A stretch of DNA of 32,000 nt, taken from NCBI RefSeq assembly GCF_000698785.1, contig NZ_CP007536.1, positions 960,001-992,000 on the forward strand. The letters are read 5' to 3'. Source of the DNA: Nitrososphaera viennensis EN76. Lineage in GTDB: Archaea > Thermoproteota > Nitrososphaeria > Nitrososphaerales > Nitrososphaeraceae. The position numbers and the translations under genes are program-made. This document shows, in pieces, positions 7,047-13,656 of this stretch (position 1 is its first letter; every line of letters begins with the position of its first letter). The notes under the pieces were generated by a model. The model had not been told where the DNA came from. It did no database searches and saw nothing but the letters and a program-made list of their open reading frames with translations.

Positions 7047-7361
7047 ATGTCAAGCCTAATAGGTAACAAAATGGCATTGCTATCCCTGCTGGCAGCCGGG
7101 GCGGCACTTGCATCCTACGCCTTGCCTATCGCTGCCTTTGCGCAGAACGGCAGCGCTGACGAGGAACCCAAGTGGAACGACAAGCACTGGCCCCAGCACA
7201 CATGGGATGAAAACACCAAATCGTACAAGGACGACGCCGGCAAGGAATACAAGTGCGAGACCAAGCATGAAGGGTCTTGGTACTACTTCTACAAGGGCGA
7301 ATTCTACAAGTGTGACGACTTCAAGCCAGAAAGCGGCTCCACCAAAGGTCCCTACGATTAA
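7047..7361 (+). CDS. Small secreted Tyr/Lys/Asp/Glu-rich protein (104 aa)
   Basis: MSSLIGNKMALLSLLAAGAALASYALPIAAFAQ is a signal peptide. The mature part is hydrophilic and holds two Cys (KEYKCETKHEGSWYYFYKGEFYKCDDF). Confidence 0.65.
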   Translation: MSSLIGNKMALLSLLAAGAALASYALPIAAFAQNGSADEEPKWNDKHWPQHTWDENTKSYKDDAGKEYKCETKHEGSWYYFYKGEFYKCDDFKPESGSTKGPYD

Positions 7362-7438
7362 GGAGACAACAACACAGCATTACGCACAGAATGCAGGAAT
7401 GACAACTCTGCTGCAAAGCTATCATATCCTTCCTTTTT

Positions 7439-7462
7439 CTTTTTTCTTTTTTCCAAAAGCAG
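7439..7462 (+). terminator. Oligo-T terminator tract downstream of 7047..7361
   Basis: CCTTCCTTTTTCTTTTTTCTTTTTTCC contains runs of T5/T6/T6. Archaeal termination is oligo-T driven. Confidence 0.5.
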
Positions 7463-7516
7463 CTTGGTAGATTTTTTAAAGACCGCAACGAAAATACTAG
7501 ATCTAAGGACGATATG

Positions 7517-7534
7517 CAAAGGGATTAGAACCCT
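7517..7534 (-). repeat. Fragment matching the T-arm/3' part of the tRNA-Met gene (17/18 nt), in direct orientation
   Basis: CAAAGGGATTAGAACCCT at 7517..7534 matches CAAAGGGATTCGAACCCT at 8382..8399, which lies inside the tRNA at 8376..8450. Confidence 0.4.
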
Positions 7535-7703
7535 GAAGCGTCCCCGCTTCCCCGACGCCTACGGCATCAGGTTGGCCGACATAAGAAACATCTCGTTACT
7601 TGCATAACGCGCTACGGTCGTTCGCGAAGGACAGGGTGCGGCGGGCGCTGCTGCGATATTCCAGATTCATATTCGCGCAAGTTTCTTGTGATGTAGGTGT
7701 CAG

Positions 7704-8144
7704 TTAGCTATCAATATCTTCCTTGAAGGTTTGTTTATACAACTGTTTGAAGTGTTCCATGACCTTTTTTCTTTCTTCTTCATCCCATTGTGGGCCTATC
7801 TGCTTCAGTTTTTGCAAAACCGCTTCGAAATCTTCAGGTCTATCCAAGTTTATTGTAGTAAAGTTCGGAAACCAAAATGTGATGTTTATGTCATTATCCT
7901 TCTTTTTTCGATCTTTGTATATGGTGTAAAGTAGTGTGAGCGCAGGAACGGCAAGGTTGGCAAGTTGAAAGATGAATGCAGTAGGTTCAGCTGACGTGAC
8001 TGATTCTACGACTACATGCCGATGTGGAATTCCGATTTCTTTCATCCGTGCAATAATTTCCTGCTTATCTTCTTCGTTCGCGTTGACCGTTATCTTATAG
8101 TCATATCGCCCTGATAGAAAGCGGCTTTCCTTTTCTCCAGTCAA
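7704..8144 (-). CDS. Hypothetical protein (146 aa, TTG start), AT-rich, one central hydrophobic segment
   Basis: The ORF lies in an AT-rich stretch. The product has the central segment PTAFIFQLANLAVPALTLLYTIY and a Lys/Glu-rich C-terminus. No family was recognised. Confidence 0.5.
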   Translation of the reverse strand: MTGEKESRFLSGRYDYKITVNANEEDKQEIIARMKEIGIPHRHVVVESVTSAEPTAFIFQLANLAVPALTLLYTIYKDRKKKDNDINITFWFPNFTTINLDRPEDFEAVLQKLKQIGPQWDEEERKKVMEHFKQLYKQTFKEDIDS

Positions 8145-8375
8145 GCGGTTAACCTAGAAGAAGATTGCCTAAAAAGCATGGCGATCGTTAGTTCCATTAG
8201 TCTTTCTTGTAACATTGTAACTCATGTCTAAGGTTGTTAGGAATAACAGCATGGAACCAAGCGCCCTGAAATGGAACCATAAAGCCTTTTGTTGCACGGC
8301 TAAAGCGCGTGTTTTGCTTCCAATTCGCTTATTTCGTGCGTGAAAACGCAGGTCGTTGCTGCCTAAACAAATTAG

Positions 8376-8450
8376 TGGGCCCAAAGGGATTCGAACCCTT
8401 GGCCGACCGGTTATGAGCCGGTCGCTCTAACCAGGCTGAGCTATGGGCCC
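8376..8450 (-). tRNA. tRNA with CAU anticodon (elongator Met, or Ile2 if the C34 is modified)
   Basis: The reverse complement is GGGCCCATAGCTCAGCCTGGTTAGAGCGACCGGCTCATAACCGGTCGGCCAAGGGTTCGAATCCCTTTGGGCCCA. It folds as a 7-bp acceptor, GCTC/GAGC D-stem, ACCGG/CCGGT anticodon stem, CTCATAA loop and AAGGG/CCCTT T-stem. It is 75 nt and does not encode CCA. Confidence 0.9.
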
Positions 8451-8479
8451 GCGTGCAGAATCAAAAATCGGACGAGTAT

Positions 8480-8487
8480 GTATAAAG
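8480..8487 (-). promoter_or_regulatory. TATA-like box (CTTTATAC on the minus strand) upstream of tRNA-Met
   Basis: It lies ~30 nt upstream of the tRNA 5' end at 8450. Confidence 0.4.
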
Positions 8488-8498
8488 GTTTGGTGCCT

Positions 8499-9191
8499 TT
8501 AACAATACATGCTGTTGCCAACGTACTTTTCCTGCACCGAGTCCAGCAGCAGGTTCTGCGCCTTTAGCGACTCGACGGCGGCCGCAAGCGCCTTTTCGCG
8601 TTTTTCAGCCGGCATTGCAGACAAGATGTCGCGCCACACCTGCGCATGCCTCACGTCGGCCTCCTCGTGGATCTCGAAATAGTTGAGCGCGTCCCTGCCG
8701 GTCATGTTGTAGAATTTCATCAGGCCATCAATCTTGCTCCTGCTTATTTTTGGAAGCTCTGCCTCAAACGCGTACATTGCGGCGACTGCCTCCTCAAATG
8801 ACAGCGAAGTGAGCGACATCATCCTTGCCACCGCGTCGTTTGTCTTTGCCGCGCCAGAATAGCTGGCGAGCTCGGATTGTGAAACGCCCATCGCGCCGGC
8901 AAACCTTGCCCACGGCTCGATGTGCTCCGACTCTTCCTTCAGGTTCTCCTCAATGCTGGGAACCTTTGCAGGGTCGGTGTTGGCAGAGGCGATGTTCTGC
9001 ACGAACGCAGGGACTGCCTTTACCAGCTGGAAATATTCCTTGGAGTAGCCCTGCAGGTGGTCGACTGTCAGCCTGCCCTCTGACCACATCTGGTAGAACG
9101 GGTGCTTCAAAAGGCTGCGCTTCTCTATCTCCGAGTCGATCCTCTCTACAAGGTCGTAATTTTCCATATTATAACTCACTTCAACAGCCAT
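8499..9191 (-). CDS. Heme-oxygenase-like di-iron protein of the TenA/PqqC/CADD family (CADD-type candidate p-aminobenzoate synthase)
   Basis: SLLKHPFYQMWSEGRLTVDHLQGYSKEYFQLVKAVPAFV matches the CADD/PqqC N-terminal signature. ExxH-type metal motifs are present (EESEHIEPW, HEEADVRHAQVW). An alternative start is ATG 9167 (MENYDLV...), which has a T-rich box at a better distance. Confidence 0.8.
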   Translation of the reverse strand: MAVEVSYNMENYDLVERIDSEIEKRSLLKHPFYQMWSEGRLTVDHLQGYSKEYFQLVKAVPAFVQNIASANTDPAKVPSIEENLKEESEHIEPWARFAGAMGVSQSELASYSGAAKTNDAVARMMSLTSLSFEEAVAAMYAFEAELPKISRSKIDGLMKFYNMTGRDALNYFEIHEEADVRHAQVWRDILSAMPAEKREKALAAAVESLKAQNLLLDSVQEKYVGNSMYC

Positions 9192-9216
9192 AGAAAAACC
9201 TTATGACAGCAGACGT

Positions 9217-9254
9217 TGTCAAGTCTTAGGTTGATGAACAACCCTGTCAACTTT
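9217..9254. repeat. Left 38-bp terminal inverted repeat
   Basis: Exact reverse complement of 9505..9542. Confidence 0.95.
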
Positions 9255-9504
9255 TGGCTGATCAAATCTTAATCTTGAATATCTGCTTGGATAATGGATT
9301 ATCGTTGTTGGCAGTAAAGAGCGTGAAGCAGACATGCTCGACTGAACCTCTACTACCCGTGATGGAAACATTCGGGCAAATGGTTAATGATTGCATCAGA
9401 ATCGGCCTGCAAATGAAGCAATGGTACAGGAACCCGGGAGCGTGACGCCGGTAATCCTGAAAGTCGATGCAGGCAGGTTGAGTCTTTTACAACGTTGTCA
9501 ACCG

Positions 9505-9542
9505 AAAGTTGACAGGGTTGTTCATCAACCTAAGACTTGACA
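9505..9542. repeat. Right 38-bp terminal inverted repeat
   Basis: Exact reverse complement of 9217..9254. Confidence 0.95.
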
Positions 9543-9559
9543 GAACCTGACAGCAAGGA

Positions 9560-9565
9560 TTTTAT
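9560..9565 (+). promoter_or_regulatory. TATA-like TTTTAT upstream of tRNA-Glu
   Basis: GATTTTATG lies ~30 nt upstream of the tRNA 5' end at 9594. Confidence 0.35.
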
Positions 9566-9593
9566 GTGAATCTCCCACCGATTGTGCTCAAGT

Positions 9594-9712
9594 GCTCCGG
9601 TGGTGTAGTGGCTATTCTGCCGGCCGTCATGTCCGGCAAGGGGCTGCACAGTCCGGTCAAGCATTGTGGCCTTTCGAGTCGCAGATCCCGGGTTCAAATC
9701 CCGGCCGGAGCA
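9594..9712 (+). tRNA. tRNA-Glu (UUC) interrupted by a ~43-nt intron in the D-loop
   Basis: The exons join to GCTCCGGTGGTGTAGT/CCGGTCAAGCATTGTGGCCTTTCGAGTCGCAGATCCCGGGTTCAAATCCCGGCCGGAGCA (76 nt). The fold has acceptor GCTCCGG/CCGGAGC, D-stem GTGT/GCAT, anticodon stem GTGGC/GTCGC, loop CTTTCGA and T-arm CCGGG-TTCAAAT-CCCGG. The sequence closely resembles archaeal tRNA-Glu. Confidence 0.85.
9610..9652 (+). other. Predicted non-canonical tRNA intron (the boundary can slide by 3 nt because AGT is repeated)
   Basis: These are 43 extra nt between D-loop positions ~16/17. They contain the hairpin GCCGG-CCGTCATGT-CCGGC. The bulge-helix-bulge structure was not verified. Confidence 0.6.
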
Positions 9713-9933
9713 CTAAACTATTCTCCCCCATACAATTTGCCAACCAGTAGCAATAATGATGCTGACGCCTTGCATCATAGGTAAAAAAAAGGTCAGAATG
9801 CCAGAGAAAGACAGCATTTTTTGCCAAACATCATATTGTTGTTATTATTGTTCCAGACCTGATTTTGATGGACGCGATTAGAGAAACAATCTCCACAGAA
9901 TTAAAATAAATCTGCAACTTATGGAAAACTGCC

Positions 9934-10146
9934 ATGCAAGTCAATAAGGCGAGCGACCGTCTTTATGCACGTCTTTGGTCCTTGGGCGTCAACGTATCTG
10001 CAATCAGGCACTCCAATCCTTCAGATGACGACCTCGCAGATTTTGTACACAGGTTGACACTTCTCATGAAAAAGTATCGGGTCCAGGTAGTTCCAGGTTT
10101 GGCGCTTTTGTCCTCGTCTCTGATGAATGAAAGCAGAGTCGTCTGA
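9934..10146 (+). CDS. Small protein, paralog A of a LYxRLxSxGVNVSxI...NPSxxDLxxF family (70 aa)
   Basis: MQVNKASDRLYARLWSLGVNVSAIRHSNPSDDDLADFVHRLTLLMKK... is ~50% identical over 42 aa to the unlisted ORF at 11366..11524. A TAAAATAAAT box lies ~25-30 nt upstream and a hairpin terminator downstream. Confidence 0.55.
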   Translation: MQVNKASDRLYARLWSLGVNVSAIRHSNPSDDDLADFVHRLTLLMKKYRVQVVPGLALLSSSLMNESRVV

Positions 10147-10170
10147 TTCTGCACACATGGTTGCTCTCTA

Positions 10171-10193
10171 CAAAAAGCGCTGACTGCTTTTTG
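10171..10193 (+). terminator. Hairpin with T5 run downstream of 9934..10146
   Basis: CAAAAAGC-GCTGACT-GCTTTTTG is a perfect 8-bp stem, 25 nt after the stop codon. Confidence 0.4.
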
Positions 10194-10415
10194 CCGACCT
10201 CTCCCACTCTTCAGGGGAAAATCTTTTAATCAAATACACTGGGGCGGTACAGCACCGGCGATTGCGGCTTCCAACAGAGCATCCTTGAGACGCGGCAAGT
10301 ATCACAGCAGTGTTTAAGGAAGGCCGCTATTAATATGGAAAAAAAGAAAAGAGACGTTACATCTTTTCATCCATTTCTGGATCACTCTTTTAAATTATTA
10401 CTATATAGTTATTTT

Positions 10416-10697
10416 ATGAGATATAGAAGTAGAATGGACATCGCTTCGGCAATTCTTGATGTTGCAAAAGACGGGGCGCTAAAAACGGCAATAATGTACA
10501 AGGCTTACATGTCATTTCCGCAGCTGAATGAATACCTGGAGCTTTTGCTTAGTAATGGGCTGCTAGAGTATGTTCCGGAGCAAAAGATGTACCATACAAC
10601 GAGAAAAGGGAAAAGGTTCCTGGACAACTACGGGGAAGTAGGACGAGCGCTTCTTCCAAAAGAAAACAACAAGAATGCGGCCATGGCAGAAGCGTGA
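10416..10697 (+). CDS. Small archaeal winged-helix DNA-binding protein (HTH_45-like, ~87-93 aa)
   Basis: MRYRSRMDIASAILDVAKDGALKTAIMYKAYMSFPQLNEYLELLLSNGLLEY...YHTTRKGKRFL matches the archaeal small wHTH pattern. TATA-like TTAAATTATTACTATATAG (10390..10408) favours a start at 10416 or 10434 over the ATG at 10335. Confidence 0.7.
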   Translation: MRYRSRMDIASAILDVAKDGALKTAIMYKAYMSFPQLNEYLELLLSNGLLEYVPEQKMYHTTRKGKRFLDNYGEVGRALLPKENNKNAAMAEA

Positions 10698-10870
10698 TTT
10701 AAGCAAGCATCGAATGATCTATAGTAGCAAAAACTGACCGCATTCAATACAATCGTATAGAGGCATATTCGACGCTGGATAAATGTTATAGAACGAAAGA
10801 AACTGTCATGCGGCTGTGTTCATCAGGCCCAAAAAGCCCTTGAGCTCGACGAGCAGGTACTTTTGGTATT

Positions 10871-11179
10871 CTAGGCTTTGGCCATCATTGCCATGCACTT
10901 GGCAAGGTCTCCGGGCCTGGAATAGTGCAGACTGTCGTCGAGCCCGATGTCTTGGCACATCTTTACAAGAAGGATTTCACCCATTTGTCCCAGAAGCTCA
11001 ACGAGTGCGCCTTCAAAGATGTCGGGCCTTTGCATCACCGCCGTACGAATATCCATTTCGGGATCCAGATAATCCTCTGCAATCCTTGTCATTATCACGT
11101 CATATACTTCTGGACCTAACACGTCTTTGATATTTTGCAGCATTGCATCAGCTAATTTAGGAATATTTATCCGAGACAT
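10871..11179 (-). CDS. Hypothetical soluble protein (102 aa)
   Basis: ATG at 11179 gives MSRINIPKLADAMLQNIKDVLGPEVYDVIMTRIAEDYLDPEMDIRTAVMQRPDIFEGALVELLGQMGEILLV... No family was recognised. It is convergent with the wHTH gene. Confidence 0.6.
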   Translation of the reverse strand: MSRINIPKLADAMLQNIKDVLGPEVYDVIMTRIAEDYLDPEMDIRTAVMQRPDIFEGALVELLGQMGEILLVKMCQDIGLDDSLHYSRPGDLAKCMAMMAKA

Positions 11180-11365
11180 CACAATACCCCGAATATGGTA
11201 AATAATGCCGAATAATTTAACAATTTTGGTATTTTAGCCGCTGATGATCGCTCCCATTATTTGTAATAGATTTTGCGTCACTAATGTTATTCTACTAATT
11301 TTTCCACAGACTGATACTTCTCAAAGGATTAATATGCAAAATGTAACTTGCAGCGTGAAAATATT

Positions 11366-11524
11366 ATGGAAAGGGAAGCTTTGACACAAGAGAGCCTCTA
11401 CGAGCGCCTTGAATCTTTTGGAGTAAACGTGTCCATCATTAAAAAAATGAATCCTTCGCTGGAAGATCTTTTAGAGTTCACGGGCAAGCTACAAGAACTG
11501 ATGAAGAATCCCGCCGAAACCTAA
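11366..11524 (+). CDS. Unlisted small ORF (52 aa), paralog B of the 9934..10146 protein
   Basis: ATG at 11366 gives MEREALTQESLYERLESFGVNVSIIKKMNPSLEDLLEFTGKLQELMKNPAET*. Its upstream region shares TCCACAGA and AAAT-TG-AACTT blocks with paralog A. Confidence 0.55.
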   Translation: MEREALTQESLYERLESFGVNVSIIKKMNPSLEDLLEFTGKLQELMKNPAET

Positions 11525-11961
11525 GTGTGCTCCCCTGTCGACCTCCTGCCAGGCGATGCTAGCCAGGATTCCAGATAGCTGTTCACTGCAGTACCAATCT
11601 CCTTGTTCATCCCGCCATCTTTAGGTTCAAAACAAAATTTATTCAAGACAAGACAACTGCTTCCTCCTCTCTTACAGAAGATGATGATGGCAAGATGGCA
11701 AGCCCGCGATGCGCAAAAAAAACTATCTTGGATGCAATAGCATGTACACGCACATATTGACACTTCTAGTCAATCTTTCACTTCTTGGGGTCCAGCATTG
11801 CCCATAGATGGAATGTTCAAAACTCCTTCACAGAAAATTATCAAATAATGGCGTGAATCACCCAAGTACGCGACGGTGCTACGTTAGGATTTCAAAATAA
11901 TCGAATTATGTGCGCCACTTGCTCAGATATTTAAGAACATGTGATTCGAGAGATTACATTG

Positions 11962-12543
11962 ATGTCAACCCAGATCAGGAACAAAACGACGTTGTTCTTC
12001 CTGTCGGTTCTTGGCGTCGCACTCGCGTCGATGGCAATGGCATCCGCAGCCAACCAGGCTTTTGGCAGCGGCAGCGACTACTATTACAAGAGTTGCGGGA
12101 AATGGTACGAGCACGAGACAAGTACTGACTACGAGTACAAGCTCAAGAAATCGCAAGACTCTTCCGAGCATGAAAAAGGCGGCGGCTACGGCAAGTCGTA
12201 CGACTATGAGTACTCTGACGATGACAAGAAGGATTATGACAAGGACGATAAGGACAAGAACAAGTCATCATACGACTATGGAAGTGGCGGCGGCTCGAAG
12301 GATTCCAGCGACTATGAGAAGTACAAGAGTGACCACACATACAAGTACGAATATGAAAAGTCAAGCAGCACGGTAAGACATGACGGAGACGAGTGGTGCG
12401 ACGAAGACGAGGATGATGACGACAAGGACGACCACTACAACAACAACGACAAATTCTACAAAGATGATGACGACAAGGATGATAATGATGATGACTATGA
12501 TGATGACGACGACAATGATGATGACGACCACGACGGATACTGA
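11962..12543 (+). CDS. Secreted, extremely acidic low-complexity protein with poly-Asp C-terminal tail (193 aa)
   Basis: MSTQIRNKTTLFFLSVLGVALASMAMASAANQAFG is a signal peptide. A Tyr/Lys/Asp/Ser/Gly-rich body follows, ending ...DEDEDDDDKDDHYNNNDKFYKDDDDKDDNDDDYDDDDDNDDDDHDGY. Confidence 0.8.
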   Translation: MSTQIRNKTTLFFLSVLGVALASMAMASAANQAFGSGSDYYYKSCGKWYEHETSTDYEYKLKKSQDSSEHEKGGGYGKSYDYEYSDDDKKDYDKDDKDKNKSSYDYGSGGGSKDSSDYEKYKSDHTYKYEYEKSSSTVRHDGDEWCDEDEDDDDKDDHYNNNDKFYKDDDDKDDNDDDYDDDDDNDDDDHDGY

Positions 12544-12603
12544 CAGACTCCAAAACTACTATCGCTAACAACATGGCAATGCGTATAATTTGAAAGCAAA
12601 AGG

Positions 12604-12643
12604 GGTAACTTGAGCAAGTTACCACTCCCCCCTTCTTTTTTTT
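12604..12643 (+). terminator. Hairpin plus T8 terminator of the acidic-protein gene
   Basis: GGTAACTT-GAGC-AAGTTACC is a perfect 8-bp stem. It is followed by CCTTCTTTTTTTTATT. Confidence 0.5.
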
Positions 12644-12849
12644 ATTCCCGACGATGTCACGGGATAAACTCGAAACAGGGTAGGTACCTTGTGTTATTCT
12701 CGCAAAATGCTGACCGCCGCCAGAACGCCAAAAAAAGAATTTTGTGTCAATGACAATCAATAATTAATAATAAAAAATGAGGAAAGGCCTCCCCACGACC
12801 TTCCCTCCCGCAGCGCAGATGCTGTCGAGCCGAAACCCTTTTTCCTTTT

Positions 12850-13413
12850 TTACGGGATTGACCTGCTGTACAGCTTGCCTTCCAGCGCCAGCTTGTACAT
12901 TTCCGCCACGTAGGGGTTCTTTGCAGGTGCCTCTGCACCAAGTTCCACCAGACGTGCATACACCCTTACCACGTACGCAAGGGCTCCCATGAATGCCACT
13001 ACGACACCCATGTTGAACATCCAGTGGTTCGGAACGGCGAATATTTCTTCCACGAACCAGAAGTGCCATAGCTCGTTGACGCCGATTGTGAACATGGTCG
13101 CAAGGTAGCCGAGGATTGTCAGCTTTAGACCTGTGTTCATCGAGTTGTTCGGGCCTCGGAGTATCGGGACCTTCCTGTCATAGATTGCCACCATACCCCA
13201 GCCGACAGGCAGAGCCACAAAGTGGCTGTACAGCCACCAGTGGGCCGGCGTGAAGGCCGAGTCGCGGATGGACGTCTGGTGCAGCGAACCGTCGACAAAG
13301 TTGTCGACTTCTACTGAGGCAGCGATGGAACCGAGCATGATCACCATGATGTAGATCTTTTTCAGTCTCTGGATTTCGACTTCTTTTGGTATCAGTGCTG
13401 GCATTTGTGCCAT
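12850..13413 (-). CDS. amoC: Ammonia monooxygenase subunit C, archaeal type (187 aa)
   Basis: MAQMPALIPKEVEIQRLKK...VEVDNFVDGSLHQTSIRDSAFTPAHWWLYSHFVALPVGWG...NELWHFWFVEEIFAVPNHWMFNMG...NPYVAEMYKLALEGKLYSRSIP is near-identical in pattern to Nitrososphaera AmoC. The true start is ATG 13413; the ORF-track N-terminal extension is spurious. Confidence 0.95.
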   Translation of the reverse strand: MAQMPALIPKEVEIQRLKKIYIMVIMLGSIAASVEVDNFVDGSLHQTSIRDSAFTPAHWWLYSHFVALPVGWGMVAIYDRKVPILRGPNNSMNTGLKLTILGYLATMFTIGVNELWHFWFVEEIFAVPNHWMFNMGVVVAFMGALAYVVRVYARLVELGAEAPAKNPYVAEMYKLALEGKLYSRSIP

Positions 13414-13449
13414 AGTTCTTTCACGTGTGAAAAGGATCGTCAATCGCCG

Positions 13450-13457
13450 ATATAAAG
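13450..13457 (-). promoter_or_regulatory. TATA-like box (CTTTATAT on the minus strand) upstream of amoC
   Basis: It lies ~37 nt upstream of the amoC ATG, which implies a short (~10-15 nt) leader. Confidence 0.35.
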
Positions 13458-13656
13458 TGAACTTTATGACAATTATGTCAATTTCTCTAGACCTTTGATA
13501 GACAGACAATTCCAATATCTACAATTATATTGTGTTGCAATTTTTTTATAAAATTTTGAAGAATTGTACATAATCAATTATGCTTATCAATCAAGATTGT
13601 CATATACGCGGGCATGCTTTTACACTGGTGAGCGCACGACGCAATATCAGGCCGGT

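Larger units (their letters stand above)
9217..9542. mobile_element. 326-bp MITE-like / foldback element bounded by perfect 38-bp terminal inverted repeats
   Basis: Left arm 9217..9254 is TGTCAAGTCTTAGGTTGATGAACAACCCTGTCAACTTT. Right arm 9505..9542 is its exact reverse complement. The 250-bp interior has no full-length ORF. TGACAGCA occurs at 9204..9211 and 9548..9555, 5 bp outside each arm. Confidence 0.6.

Noticed and set aside
9254-9784. ORFs 9254..9445 (63 aa, inside the inverted-repeat element) and 9566..9784 (72 aa)
   Set aside because: The first is probably a remnant rather than a functional gene: it is short, followed by frame breaks, and has only faint TnpB-like similarity. The second simply reads through the tRNA-Glu gene.
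11241-11314. Possible C/D-box sRNA (CTGATGA at 11241..11247, CTGA at 11311..11314)
   Set aside because: No credible internal D'/C' boxes are present at the 12-nt guide spacing, there is no terminal stem, and the box separation (~63 nt) is unusual. The region is better explained as the AT-rich divergent promoter between 11179 and 11366.
11521-11763. 80-aa minus-strand ORF (MSICACTCYCIQDSFFC...)
   Set aside because: It is Cys-rich only because of a TG/CA-rich sequence. It has no start context, no recognisable motif and poor third-position bias, so it is probably non-coding spacer.
12011-12760. ORFs 12011..12376, 12380..12568 (+) and 12143..12760, 11965..12171 (-) overlapping the acidic-protein gene
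   Set aside because: These are alternative-frame or antisense readings of GAT/GAC/AAG repeat DNA (poly-Thr/Met or His/Arg/Cys products). The signal-peptide-bearing frame 11962..12543 is the coherent one.
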